NCBI RefSeq assembly: GCF_006345805.1
Contig: NC_042998.1
Span: 20,212,001 to 20,276,000, forward strand
Reading direction: 5' to 3'
From: Octopus sinensis
Lineage: Eukaryota
Length of the DNA stretch: 64,000 nucleotides
The notes under the pieces were generated by a model. The model was not told the origin of the DNA and searched no databases. It saw only the letters and a program-made list of their open reading frames with translations. This document shows, piece after piece, positions 1 to 14,709 of this stretch; the stretch's first letter is position 1, and each line of letters begins with the position of its first letter. The position numbers and the translations under genes were made by a program.

Positions 1-60
1 CTCATCAGTGCACTTGCCAGTGCAAAGAAACAATTTCTGTACAAGAACATTTAAATAAAG

Positions 61-111
61 AAAATTAGTTCACCGAAAAATAGTTCACCGAAAATTAGTT
101 CACCGAAAAAT
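61..111. repeat. 15-bp tandem repeat x3 (tagttcaccgaaaat)
   Basis: tagttcaccg recurs at 66, 81 and 96. Confidence 0.85.
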
Positions 112-203
112 ATACGATTAAATATGAGCGCGTAACGAACTTTGGTCCCAATATAAATTTTAATTCATGGTCACATGCCCATCACTGTACACATTACACT
201 CAC

Positions 204-303
204 NNNNNNNNNNNNNNNNNNNNNNNNNNNNNNNNNNNNNNNNNNNNNNNNNNNNNNNNNNNNNNNNNNNNNNNNNNNNNNNNNNNNNNNNNNNNNNNNN
301 NNN
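204..303. other. Assembly gap (100 N)
   Basis: Run of exactly 100 N. Confidence 0.99.
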
Positions 304-366
304 TAATTTTTTTTCAAATTGCAATTATTTTAAACTTGTTCTAATCGAAGTTCGAAAGAAAATTCG

Positions 367-442
367 ATGATAATGATGATGATGAAAATAATGATAATAA
401 TAATAATAATAATAATAATGATAATAATAATAATAATAATAA

Positions 443-485
<43 letters not shown>

Positions 486-634
486 TAATAATAATATGAT
501 GATAATAATAATAATAATAATGATTAGAATAATAATAATAATAATAGTGATGATGATGATTATGAACATGACTGATAACAACAAAAACAATAATAATAAT
601 GATAATAGAAATGATGAAGATAATGATGATGATG

Positions 635-665
<31 letters not shown>

Positions 666-782
666 TAACAACAATAATAGTAATGATGACGATGATGATT
701 ATGATGATAATGATAACAATAATAACAACAGCAACAACAAGAAATAATAATAATAATAATAATAATAATATTCATCATCATG

Positions 783-818
<36 letters not shown>

Positions 819-819
819 G

Positions 820-890
<71 letters not shown>

Positions 891-925
891 AATAATAATA
901 AAAATAATAACAATAATAATAAAAT
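367..925. repeat. Compound (AAT)n/(GAT)n microsatellite
   Basis: Direct reading; explains the poly-I/N/Y/L ORFs. Confidence 0.95.
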
Positions 926-1117
926 GTTGCAACAGAACAGAAATTTAAAACGCTGAAACAAAAGAGAAAAACCAAAAGAAAATGGTTGGAAATTCTGAAA
1001 ATTTTTACAATAAGCCAAATAATTATTGATTGCAATTCTGTTCAATTTTGAGAATTTGTTTATTGTTCGTGTGGTAGAATGTTGTTCATGTTTATCTTGT
1101 TTCCTCTGGTTGCTGTC

Positions 1118-1652
1118 GTTAATTGTTGTTGTTGTTGTTGTTGTTTTTGTTGTTGTTGTTGTTGTTTGTTGTTGTTGGCAACCTGTTCTTTCTTTGTTTA
1201 CTTGTTTTATTATTTTTTTTACTTCTTTTATCGTTGTTTGCTTTTGTTGTTATTGCTCCTGATAATTTCCGATGATAGTGATGGTGATGGTGATGGTGAT
1301 GGTGATGATGATGATGATGATGACGATGATGATGACGATGGTGATGATAATGATGATGGTCGTGATGATCATGATGGTGACGATGGTGGTGGTGATGATG
1401 ATGACGATAATGGTGATGATGATGGTGGTGGTGTGGTGGTGGTGATGATGGTGAATGATGATGGGATGAAGATGATGATGATGATGATGATGGTGATAAC
1501 GTTCATGATGATGACGATCATGATCACGAGGATGATGACCTTGATGATGACGACGACGATGATGATGATGACGACGATGATGATGACTATGGCGATGATG
1601 ATGACGATGGCGATGATGATGATGATGATGCTGATGATGAAGTCGATGATTA
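1118..1652. repeat. (GTT)n and (GAT/GGT/GAC)n low-complexity tracts
   Basis: Direct reading. Confidence 0.9.
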
Positions 1653-1737
1653 TGTAATAAGTATGTGGAGGAAGGGGAAAACGTGATGGTAGCTCTGCTG
1701 GGGCGGGTGAAGTGGCGGCGGCGGGAAGACGTACAGA

Positions 1738-1815
1738 TGCTAATAGGGTTAGGGTTAGGTGGAGAATGTGTTCACTGAAAGTAATGCTTCTAGAAAAACT
1801 CAAATCAGTAGCAGT

Positions 1816-1899
<84 letters not shown>

Positions 1900-1918
1900 T
1901 GTAGTAGTAGTAGTAGTC
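1738..1918. repeat. Dispersed repeat: TTAGGG-like motif + ~55-bp unique core + (CAG)n(TAG)n; second copy at 3717-3990
   Basis: gggttagggttaggtggagaatgtgttcactgaaagtaatgc vs ggttagggttggggttaggcggagattgcgttcgctgaaaataatgc, each followed by CAG/TAG runs. Confidence 0.7.
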
Positions 1919-2182
1919 TTTCACGATGACGATAACTGTTATTGCTATTGTTTAGCCCCAGGTCAGATTGTTTTATGATTAAAAACTTTCCACCCGATAC
2001 CACTTACAACATTTTTTTAATATTTAATATCTTTACAATTATTTTATCAAAATTTTCATATATATATTTATTATGTTATATTATGTTATTTTATATTATA
2101 TTATATTGTATTATATTATATTATATATTTTATTCGCTACTGGCAACGAACAGTAGTTTTAGTTCAAAATAATTCTATACAC

Positions 2183-2346
2183 ATAGGCGCAGGAGTGGCT
2201 GTGTGGTAAGTAGCTTGCTTACCAACCACATAGTTCCGGGTTCAGTCCCACTGCGTGGCACCTTGGGCAAGTGTCTTCTACTATAGCCTCGGGCCGACCA
2301 AAGCCTTGTGAGTGGATTTGGTAGACAAAACTGAAAGAAGCCCGTC

Positions 2347-2395
<49 letters not shown>

Positions 2396-2626
2396 AGTGT
2401 ATGTTTGTGTGTCTGTGTTTCTCCCCCTAGCATTGCTTGACAACCGATGCTGGTGTGTTTATGTCCCCGTCACTTAGCGGTTCGGCAAAAAAAAAACCGA
2501 TAGAATAAGTACTGGGCTTACAAAGAATAAGTCCCGGGGTCGAGTTGCTCGACTAAAGGCGGTGCTCCTGCATGGCCGCAGTCAACTGACTGAAACAAGT
2601 AAAAGAGTAAAAGAGTAAAAAGAGTA
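2183..2626 (+). mobile_element. tRNA-derived SINE-A, copy 1 of a head-to-tail triplet
   Basis: A box TGGCTGTGTGG, B box GGTTCAGTCCC, body with ccttgggcaagt, internal (TA)(TG) tract, (GTAAAAGA)n tail. Confidence 0.9.
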
Positions 2627-2627
2627 T

Positions 2628-3020
2628 ATAGGCGCAGGAGTGGCTGTGTGATAAGTAGCTTGCTTACCAAACACATGGTTCCGGGTTCAGTCCCATTGCG
2701 TGGCACGATGGACAAGTTACTTCTACTATGGCCTTGGGCTGATCTAAGCCTTCTGAATGGATTTGGTAGATGGAAACTGAAAGAAGCCCGTTGTATACGT
2801 GTGTGTGTATTTGTATTTGTGTTTGTCGTCCTCCTCTAACATCACTTGACAGCCGATGCTGGTGTGCTTACGTCTCCGTAACTTATCGGTTCGGCAAAAG
2901 AAAACCGATTGCATAAGTACTACGCTTACAAAAGTATAAGTCCTGGGATTCGATTTGCATGACTAACGGCGGTGCCCCGACATGGCCGCAGTCAACTGAC
3001 TGAAACAAATAAAATAAGAG
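2628..3020 (+). mobile_element. SINE-A, copy 2 (more diverged)
   Basis: Same head, body and 3' end (ccgcagtcaactgactgaaac). Confidence 0.88.
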
Positions 3021-3038
3021 AATATCTACTAAACGCAG

Positions 3039-3470
3039 ATAGGCGCAGGAGTGGCTGTGTGGTAGGTAGCTTGCTAACCAACCACATGGTTCCGGGTTCA
3101 GTCCCACTGCGTGGCATCTTGGGCAAGTGTCTTCTGCTATAGCCCCGGGCCGACCAATGCCTTGTGAGTGGATTTTGTAGACGGAAACTGAAAGAAGCCT
3201 GTCGTATATATGTATGTATATATATATATATATATGTGTATGTGTGTGTATTTGTGTGTCTGTGTTTGTCCCCCTAGCATTGCTTGACAACCGATGCTGG
3301 TGTGTTTATGTCCCCGTTACTTAGCGTTCGGCAAAAGAGACCGATAGAATAAGTACTGGGCTTACAAAAGAATAAGTCCCGGGGTCGAGTTGCTCGATTA
3401 AAGGCGGTGCTCCAGCATGGCCGCAGTCAAATGACTGAAACAAGTAAAATAGTAAAATAGTAAAAAAAAA
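3039..3470 (+). mobile_element. SINE-A, copy 3
   Basis: Same head, body and tail. Confidence 0.9.
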
Positions 3471-3716
3471 ATATATATATATAATCAAAAGCTGCGGTAT
3501 TTGTCTCGAGTAGGTACCTTGTACACACGTATAGTGTTAAAAAACACTGAAATATATAAGAGAGGAAAAGTGTTGATTCGTGGTGGTAGAAATGCTAAAT
3601 ATATATTTCTCCTTCTTTTTGTGACATGAGTAGCAAGCATGCTCTAGCAACCTCATGCCAAGACAAATTCAGCCTCTGCGGGTATAGAAATACAGCAATG
3701 TATAAATGAATGGTGT

Positions 3717-3812
3717 TATATTAATAAGGTTAGGGTTGGGGTTAGGCGGAGATTGCGTTCGCTGAAAATAATGCCTGTACAAAAACTACTACAACCTGTA
3801 GCAGCAGCAGCG

Positions 3813-3867
<55 letters not shown>

Positions 3868-3890
3868 TAGCAGCAGCTGCAGCAGCAGCT

Positions 3891-3954
<64 letters not shown>

Positions 3955-3990
3955 CAATAGTAGTAGTAATAACAGCAGCAGCAACAGTCA
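3717..3990. repeat. Second copy of the TTAGGG-like/(CAG)(TAG) repeat
   Basis: Similarity to 1738-1918. Confidence 0.7.
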
Positions 3991-4400
3991 TGTCCAATCC
4001 CCGTTATAGTTTGACAATGTGTAATGTCCAAGGCCCATTATAATTTGGCAATGTGTAATGTCCAAGGCCCGTTATAGTTTAACAATGTGAAATGTCCAAT
4101 CCCCGTTATCGTTTGACAATGTGTAATGTTCAATTCCTGTTATTGTTTGACAATGTGAAATGTCCAATCTCCGTTATCGCTTGACAATGTATAATGTCCA
4201 ATTCCTGTTATAGTTTGACAATGTGTAATGTCCAATCTCCGTTTTAGTTTGACAATGTATAATGTCCAATCCCCGTTATCGCTTGACAATGTGTAATGTC
4301 CAATTCCTGTTATAGTTTGACAATGTGTAATGTCCAATCTCCGTTATAGTTTGACAATGTGTAATGTCCAACACCCGTTATAGTTTGGCAATGTATAATA
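3991..4400. repeat. 34-bp minisatellite, ~12 units, with a 102-bp higher-order period
   Basis: tgtccaatccccgttatagtttgacaatgtgtaa starts at 3991, 4025, 4059, 4093 ... 4365. Confidence 0.95.
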
Positions 4401-5159
4401 GCCAATGACCCCTTTCCTTATGACGTGTATGGAATGTAATTTGAGGGAGATCTGGCTAACATTTTATCAATAGTAATTGGGATTATGATACTGACGATGG
4501 CGTTTGTGATGGATATTAAAGGTGCCGGAAGTGGTGGTCGTAGCATTGATGGTGGTGAGACAGTTGGTAATCGTGATGGTAGTAATATGGTAGTGGCGTG
4601 GCTTACTGGCAAGTGTATCAGATGGTGGCTGTGGCGGTGGCGACGACTGCAGATGTGAACCTTGTGGTGTTTGTGTCGTTGGTTTTGTTGTTGTTGTTGT
4701 TGTTGATGGGGAAGGTGGTGGTGACGGTGGTGGTGGCGGCGGCAGTGGCGATGGTGTTGGTGGTGATGAGATAACGGTAGCATGCATTTATTACTTGCAG
4801 AGTCTGCTGATGTTGGTAGAGGTGTTGGTAGTGACCGTGGTACTTTCGATGGTAGTTGCAAGCAAACACAAAGAAACTTCAGTCGTGGTCGTGTTGTTTT
4901 TTCTCATCATAACAGCGGTGAAGCTGTACACTCAGTGATGTTACCACTGATAAAAGTGGTTAAGTTGGTACTAATACTGGTGGTGGTGGAGGTGGTGCAA
5001 GTGTCGGTAATGGTAGCGCTGGTGAAGTAAGATATCAGCGATCGTGACTACTTTTAAAGAAAGGGAAAAGAAAACAAATTTCGAAACAAGAATACGTGTA
5101 GCAGCTGGAACTAAGAACAATAATTTCTACTTATCAGCACCTTTTTTCCCTTTAATTTT

Positions 5160-5830
<671 letters not shown>

Positions 5831-6565
5831 CTTCTAGTACTAAGGAGTTTCGAAACATTTGAATGCTTGCTGCATTACTCGGTTAGATGAAAAGTCCGTC
5901 TAAAGACATTTTTTTTTACTGTTTAATCATTTTGGTTAACTATTATTCGCAACGGTTACCAACAGAAATATCGAAAAATGGCAGCTTATAATGCTGTAGG
6001 AAGAGGTGCTCGGTACAGTAGTGGTTGCACTAACGTAATTACTAACCAAACACGCTGCCAGAGAGGAGTGGCTCGCCTTGAGCGAGGCAGTTCAAGTGAA
6101 AGAAACAGTAAATGGCGGTATGTCACGCGATGACAGTGTCTCGTTTCGCGACGAATTTATACAAAGAACGCCGCGGGTGAATGCGCTGTAGCTTTCCATA
6201 CAACCATGAGACGACTGTTTTCTCTCGAAAGAGGAGTTATAGAAGATGCAAAAGATATGACAGGTTATGTGCTCTCTTGACCGGAACAGGGCATATAGAC
6301 CAGTGTTTTGTTTTTAAGAACGAAGACGAGATGTCAAACTCATTCACCCACAAGATAGTGCCACAAGATACGCTTTGCTTCAACTGATCCTTCTATCGAC
6401 GAGAGGGACAGACACGGGGTCTTGTTCCAGTGGAAAGTTCACCATATTCGTATTGAAAAAGAAAGCTATTGTTGTTGGCGGTGTTGGTAGTTTTATTGTA
6501 CATGCTACAAGGCTGTGCCACGAAATATAAATTTCACCAACGCATCAATATTGCTTCAAATTTTT

Positions 6566-6765
6566 GCACAAGGCCAGCAATTTCGAGGGAGGGCACCAGT
6601 CGATTACATCGATCCCAGTGCTTGACTCGCACTTATTTTATCGACCTCGAAATGATGAAAGGCAAAGTCGACCTCGGCGAAATTTGAACTCAGAACGTAA
6701 AGTCGGACGGAACCCCGCTAAGCATTACCTCCGGCATGCTAACTATTCTGCCAGCTCACCGCCTT
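6566..6765 (-). mobile_element. tRNA-derived SINE-B monomer
   Basis: Minus-strand head aaggcggtgagctggcagaa, B box gagttcaaatt, 3' end ggccttgtgc. Confidence 0.85.
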
Positions 6766-6780
6766 TACATCAGTATTAAT

Positions 6781-7374
6781 AATATTTCTTTTTCTACTTC
6801 AGGCACAAGGCCCGAAATTTTTAGGAAGTGGGGGCAGTCGATTAGATCGACGCTGGTACTCAACTGGTCCTTAATTTATCGACCCCCAAAAGGATGAAAG
6901 GCAAAGTTGACCTCGGTGGAATTTGAACTCAGAACGTAAAGACAGACGAAATACTGCTAAACATTTCTTATTTCTTTATTGCCCGCAATAGGCTAAACAT
7001 AGAGGGGACAAAACCTGACAGAAAAACAGATTAAGTCGATTACATCGACCCTAGTGCGTAACTGGTACTTATTTAATCGACCCCGAAAGGATGAAAGGCA
7101 AAGTCGACCTCGGTGGAATTTGAACTCAGAACGTAGCGGCAGACGAAATACCTATTTCTTTGCTACCCACAAGGGGCTAAACACAGAGGGGACAGACAAA
7201 TGGATTAAGCCGATTATATCGACCCCAGTGTGTAACTGGAACTTAATTTATCGACCCCGAAAGGATGAAAGGCAAAGACAACCTCGGCGGAATTTGAACT
7301 CAGAACATAACGGCAGACCAAATACGGCTACGCATTTCGCCCGGCGTGCAAACGTTTTTGCCAGCACGCCGCCT
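6781..7374 (-). mobile_element. SINE-B multimer (head + 3 body units)
   Basis: gtcgacctcgg(t/c)ggaatttgaactcagaac body repeated three times. Confidence 0.88.
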
Positions 7375-8894
7375 AAAATACAAGGTATTTTTAGCGCCAC
7401 TCTACCAATTATGCTAATCACATCCTCTTTAATTCTAAAAAGCATTAATTCTTTAACTCTCCTATGTACTACATTTGATGCGTGAAACATATTTTCCAGT
7501 CATTCAAGAATCATAGACTATACACATTCTCAGGTTTTTGAACTACAAGGGTAACTTGTGGCTTATGAAAGGAAGAATTACATTGCTCAGAACATATTAC
7601 TCAGAACGCATGAATGGAAGGTTAAATTAAGTCTGGAAACAAGCATGATGTTTATGACAAACGTATGAAAATGGTTTGGACATGTAAAGGGTTGAATTAA
7701 TCATCCATTGTTGTTTTACGTTTACGAAAAATAGCCCCAAAATGTTGGATTTTCTTTAACACAGGTAAAATAAATCAAAATAACAAATTGTAAATATTCT
7801 TGCCATTTCTAAGAACATTTGAAATTTACGTGTAATGGATTATTCGCAACATGACGTGTGACACATTACAACATGTAACATTCCCTAGAGCAGCCAAATA
7901 TATCAATATGTCAAACGTACGCGACATCTATATTTCAACTCTATGTGCTATTTTGCGTCAATACGAACAACGAAATACAACAACCCCATCTAAATATCGC
8001 CAACAAAGGAATCATCTGCACAGCGCTATTCTATAAACGAGACGTAACATTTACATTTTCTTCACATCACACACTTCTGATTTAAATAAAGAACACTTTG
8101 GATAAATACTCTTAAAAGTACTGGATGATCACGATTAAAACGTCTTTGAAATTAGGTCTACTCAATCAACGTTGACCCGGCGAGGTTAAACAAAAAATAG
8201 TACAACAAAAGCAACAACAACAATAACGACTCCAAACCGTCTTAAAAACTAACGCAACAGCTTAATATTCCTTCGCAGTTATTTCGCTTTTACTATGAGC
8301 ATACGCCAGGATATATAAGCAGTCGTCTTTAGAATTTTGATACAGTGAGATATTTTGCTTCATCATCAAAAGAAAAATCACGAAATCATAAATTCCTCCA
8401 CACTTACGATATTTTTATCTCATTTCACTTAGATCTTTATCTCAACCTTTACACTCGACTTCAGCGTTGATAAAGCTACATCCCTTCTAAGATGATAACT
8501 GAGATACAAAAAGTTTCTTCAAATAACCGCCAAGATTGTTGTCATATTATCTTCAAGGTAAAGGAAAGATGCATAAATAATATCTAAGTATAAAACAATT
8601 GCATGTATAATAAATAATTCGTTTAATGTGTGTGTGTTTGTAGATGTGTGTGTGTTTGTAGATGTTTGTGTTTGTAGATGTGTGTGTATGTGTGTATGTG
8701 TGTGAGAGAGAGTTGGGGAAGAGAGATAGAGAGAGAGAGATGAAATAGTTTCTGGAATATGAGATGAATCTCAAATCAACGAAAGCACAAACATCATACT
8801 TCAACAATCACAGATTTTGAATACTGACTGTTCAAAAAGCGAATTTAAGCTTATTTTAAGTTTTGTACTACGTGCGTTAACACAAACACAGACA

Positions 8895-8968
<74 letters not shown>

Positions 8969-9130
8969 TACACACACACATTCATATATATATATATAAG
9001 TAGTTTTAGAGACAGAACCACCCTCAACTCAATCAACATTGAAAGATATTATACCCGACCGAGCCATAAATGTTAAATATTATACTCACTATATCTGTTC
9101 AGAATCACATACTTTCCATTTTAAAGACAA

Positions 9131-10507
<1,377 letters not shown>

Positions 10508-10547
10508 TAATAATAATAATAATAATGATAATAATTATAATAATAAT

Positions 10548-10605
<58 letters not shown>

Positions 10606-10632
10606 TAATAATAATAATAATAGTAATAATAA
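10508..10632. repeat. (TAA)n microsatellite, right flank of the Dong element
   Basis: Direct reading. Confidence 0.97.
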
Positions 10633-10652
10633 CATATATATAATATATATAT

Positions 10653-10906
10653 ATGTCCATACATAAGTGAAAGTGCGTGGGTTAGTGGACAAGGCATTCG
10701 ATTTACTTTATTTCAGGTTGCTCCAGTCCACTCAGCTGGTAAGGGGCAAGCTTTGTCACACTCTGTGTCTCGCTGAATCTCCCCGAGAACTACGTTACGG
10801 GTACACGCGTCTGTGGATTTGCTCAGCCACTTGCACGTTAATTTCACGAGCAGGCTGTTCCGTTGATCGTATCAGCTGAGACCCTCGTTGTGGTAACCGA
10901 CGGAGT

Positions 10907-10985
<79 letters not shown>

Positions 10986-11233
10986 ATACATAAGTGAAAG
11001 TGCGTGGGTTAGTGGACAAGGCATTCGACTTACTTTATTTCAGGTTGCTCCAGTCCACTCAGCTGGTAAGGGGCAAGCTTTGTCACACTCTGTGTCTCGC
11101 TGAATCTCCCCGAGAACTACGTTACGGGTACACGCGTCTGTGGATTTGCTCAGCCACTTGCACGTTAATTTCACGAGCAGGCTGTTCCGTTGATCGTATC
11201 AGCTGAGACCCTCGTTGTGGTAACCGACGGAGT

Positions 11234-11300
<67 letters not shown>
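10653..11300 (+). mobile_element. Tandem 327-bp duplication of an internally deleted SINE-C copy plus its (CT)n(TA)n tail
   Basis: atgtccatacataagtgaaagtgcgtgg at 10653 and 10980; near-identical units with the same deletion relative to 26607-26867. Confidence 0.88.
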
Positions 11301-11315
<15 letters not shown>

Positions 11316-11442
11316 GTGTGTGTATATAATTCATACATGCATACGTACATACATACATACATACATACATACACATACACATACATACATACATACATAC
11401 ATACATACATACATACATACATACATACATACATACATACAT

Positions 11443-11988
11443 GTTGGCTGCCCCCTCGTTATCGAGTATGGCCATTGCACGAAGCTTAACCAATGTTGTT
11501 ATCGTGCAATGCCTGTGCAAGAAGATCTTTTTTAAAGTGAGGAAAGGCTGTGCACTGAGTCAATCCCACTCACTAAGCAACAACAGACGTAATCCGGAAA
11601 GAAGAACAAGTCAACATCATCGGTAACCACTGAGCCGCAGTTTTATGTCGGAGTTATCCCAGTTACCTGAGTTACCTTCTCCTAAACGGATGCCCTAACA
11701 AAGGCTAGGAGTCCTTCACTCCCAATGGTTTAACCTAGCGATCGGGTATTCAGTCCGATTATTTCTATGTCCCCGCGCATGATACAGCTTTAAGACATTT
11801 ATTGGATGGCCGTTGACTCTTAAGAGTTCCTCCGCCCTGAGACGGGTTTTTCATCTTGCAGGGTGTCCAATAAACACCCTCCTCACCAAGCAAGCTTGGT
11901 GGGGTTGCCGGTTTAGTCGCCGACGACCCGACCATGCAACAGGTTGTACTGGGTTACATGTTACCAGTAGCACTCGAAAGTGACCTGA
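11443..11988 (-). mobile_element. Probable non-autonomous RTE-clade LINE derivative (UTR-like sequence, no ORF) with (ATGT)n tail
   Basis: Minus strand contains ttagggcatccgtttaggagaaggtaactc, which resembles RTE 5' UTRs as I recall them; it runs directly into (ATGT)n. Confidence 0.45.
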
Positions 11989-13094
11989 CATATATATACA
12001 TACATACATCTAGGTACACCCTAGCGACCTTCGCTACTCCTAATCAACGCTGCTTAAAGCGGTCAACTGTTCGAGCTTTGTGATACCGAATTCCAGCTAA
12101 TTCGACCGCGCCAGCAAATGTTAAGTGTCATAACCTCGAATATGATACATTACTGCTAATAGACTGCGAACAAAGACATAACCAGTTGCTCATGTTGTCG
12201 ATACCGATTCGATCACCCACGCGCTTATAGCTACAAGGCATGAAATATAGAAAAGGAAATACGCCATACTGTTTAACCTTGACACATGCTTCACAATAGT
12301 TCATAACTTAGTGATGAGAGATTGTCTAGAAACATTTCGACATGTGTTAAAAATTATATATTATTTATAACAATAGAAGCCATAAAATATGTATGTTTTT
12401 ATGTCGGGGGACTGTGACCCAAATGTTATGAAGTTTGTTTATATATATAAATATATATTTATATATTTACATATCCGTCAATATCATTCTTCACAAAGGA
12501 ATTTCTCTTTTTCTGGGGATAATGTCTGCATTGGTTATTTTTACTCGTTAGTAAGTAGATGCATATTTGGGAAAGAATTTGATGCTCTTCCATTTTTTTT
12601 TTGTTCAACCATCGAGTATTGAACCAATCCTGTTACGTTCCGTATGACTCATTTCAGAAATACTACAAGTGCATGTAAACAAAGTTTCAAATTACACCAC
12701 CTACAGGTGTCATGAATATGACAGGATGGCATGAATACAGAGATATTATCGGTAAACATAGATATGATGTAAAGGCAACACGCTGAGTGAATCGATAGCG
12801 TGGTTGATTGTAATGTTCTTGTATGTAACAAGCATGATGTACTGTTTCCCTTGATTACGGTGCTCTAAACATAACAACCAATATTTTTGATGCAAACATC
12901 TCCAACAATAACAACGATGATACCACCACCACCACCACAAGCAGCAGCAGCAGCAACAGCAGCAACAACAGCTCAACAGTGTATTGTTGAAGTAACTCGC
13001 ATTGTTCAAATGTGACATAATAATCCCGTGTTAACGGTAAACAAATAAGTAAAATTATAACAGTGAATGTTTCAAGATACTAGAGGAAATTTTC

Positions 13095-14285
13095 TGTGTG
13101 GCAAGCAGCTTGCCTCCGAACCACATGGCTCCGGGTTCAGTCCCAATGCGTGGCACCTTCAACAAGTGTCTTCTGCTTTAGCCTCGGGCCGGCCAAAGCC
13201 TTGTGAGGTGAGCTGGCAGAAGCGTTAGCACGGCGGGCGAAATGCTTAGCGGTATTACATCTGCCGTTACGTTCTGAGTTCAAATTCCGCCGAGGTCGAC
13301 TTTACCTTTCATCCTTTCAGGGTCGATAAATTAAGTACCAATTACGCACTGGAGTCGATGTAATCGACTTAATCCGTTTGTCTGTCCTTGTTTGTCTCCT
13401 CTGTGTTTAGCCCTTTGTGGATAGTAAAGAAATAGGTATTTCGTCTACCGTTACGTTCTGAGTTCAAATTCCGCCGAGGTCGACTTTACCTTTCATCCTT
13501 TTGGGGTCAATTAAATAAGCACCAGTTACGCACTGGAGTCGATGTAATCGACTTAATCCGTGTGTCTGTCCTTGTTTGTCTCCTCTGTGTTTAGCCCCTT
13601 GTGGATAGTAAAGAAATAGGTATTTCGTCTGCCTCTACGTTCTGAGTTCAAATTCCGCCGGGGTCGACTTTTCCTTTCATCCTTTTGGTGTTGATTACAT
13701 AAGTACCAGTTACGCACTGGGGTCTATGTAATCGACTTAATCCGTTTGTCTGTCCTTTTTTTCCTCTCTGTGTTTAGCCCCTTATGGGTAGTAAAGAAAT
13801 AGGTATTTCGGCTGCTGCTACGTTCTGAGTACAAATTCCTCCGAAGTTGACTTTGCTTTTCATCTTTCGGGTTCGATTAAATAAGTACCAGTTACGCACT
13901 AGGGATCAATATAATCGGCTTAATCCCTTTGTCTGTCCTTGTTTGTCCCCTCTGTGTGTAGCCTCCTGTGGGCAGTAAAGAAGTAAGAAACCGAAAGAAA
14001 CCCGTCGTATACATAGATACATACATACATGTGTGTGTGTGTTTGTGTGTGTGTGGCTGTCTGTTTGTCTGTCTATGTCTGTGTTTGTCCCCTCAACACT
14101 GCTTGACAATAGGTGTTGGCCCGTTTATGCCCCGTAACCGAGCGGTTCGGCAAAAGATTTCCTATAGAATAAGTACTAGGCTTCAAAATAATAAGTCCTG
14201 GGGTCGATTTCTTCGACTAAAACCCTCCAAGGAAGTGTCCCAGTATGACCGCAGTCAAATGGCTGAAACAAATAACTAATAAAAT
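13095..14285 (+). mobile_element. SINE-A split by a SINE-B insertion (5' part 13095-13206, 3' part 13988-14285)
   Basis: SINE-A stops at gccttgtga and resumes at aaaccgaaagaaacccgtcgtata. Confidence 0.85.
13207..13987 (+). mobile_element. SINE-B tetramer (head + 4 x ~184-bp body)
   Basis: ggtatt unit starts at 13251, 13435, 13619 and 13802. Confidence 0.9.
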
Positions 14286-14435
14286 AGAAAATATATGTTT
14301 ACTTCCGCGTCGAATGTAAATAAATGTTTAGTGATAATTTTACCAGAAATGCTTATGTGTTGTACTAGGATCCTTAGTCATTCGATGACGTATGCCACTT
14401 CTCGTATTGATTATGCTTTCAAATTTTTCCAAAAG

Positions 14436-14620
14436 GGCGGCCATTTTGGTGGAGGTGATGTGTTGATTATATCGACCCCAGTGAGTAACTGGTACTTAAT
14501 TTATCCACCCCGAAAGGCAAAGTCGACCTCGGTGATATTTGAACTCAGAACCTAGCGGCAGATGAAATACCGCTAATCATTTAGAACTGGCGTGCTAACG
14601 ATTCTGCCATCTCACCCCTT
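14436..14620 (-). mobile_element. Diverged SINE-B monomer
   Basis: aagtcgacctcggtgatatttgaactcagaac ... cgtgctaacgattctgcc. Confidence 0.75.
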
Positions 14621-14709
14621 TGGACTCCTCGCATTGATAATTAGACAAAGAGTCAAATCGTTTGAAGTTAAATAACATTTCTTTTAAGGTTTCTAATATT
14701 TTGTTGTCT

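Noticed and set aside
3991-4400. CRISPR-like array or bacterial TTGACA -35 boxes
   Set aside because: Units are directly adjacent with no unique spacers, there are no cas genes, and the context is eukaryotic.
13251-13987. SINE-B arrays as CRISPR or satellite DNA
   Set aside because: The whole ~184-bp unit repeats, carries a Pol III B box and is TSD-flanked elsewhere, so it is retroposon-derived.
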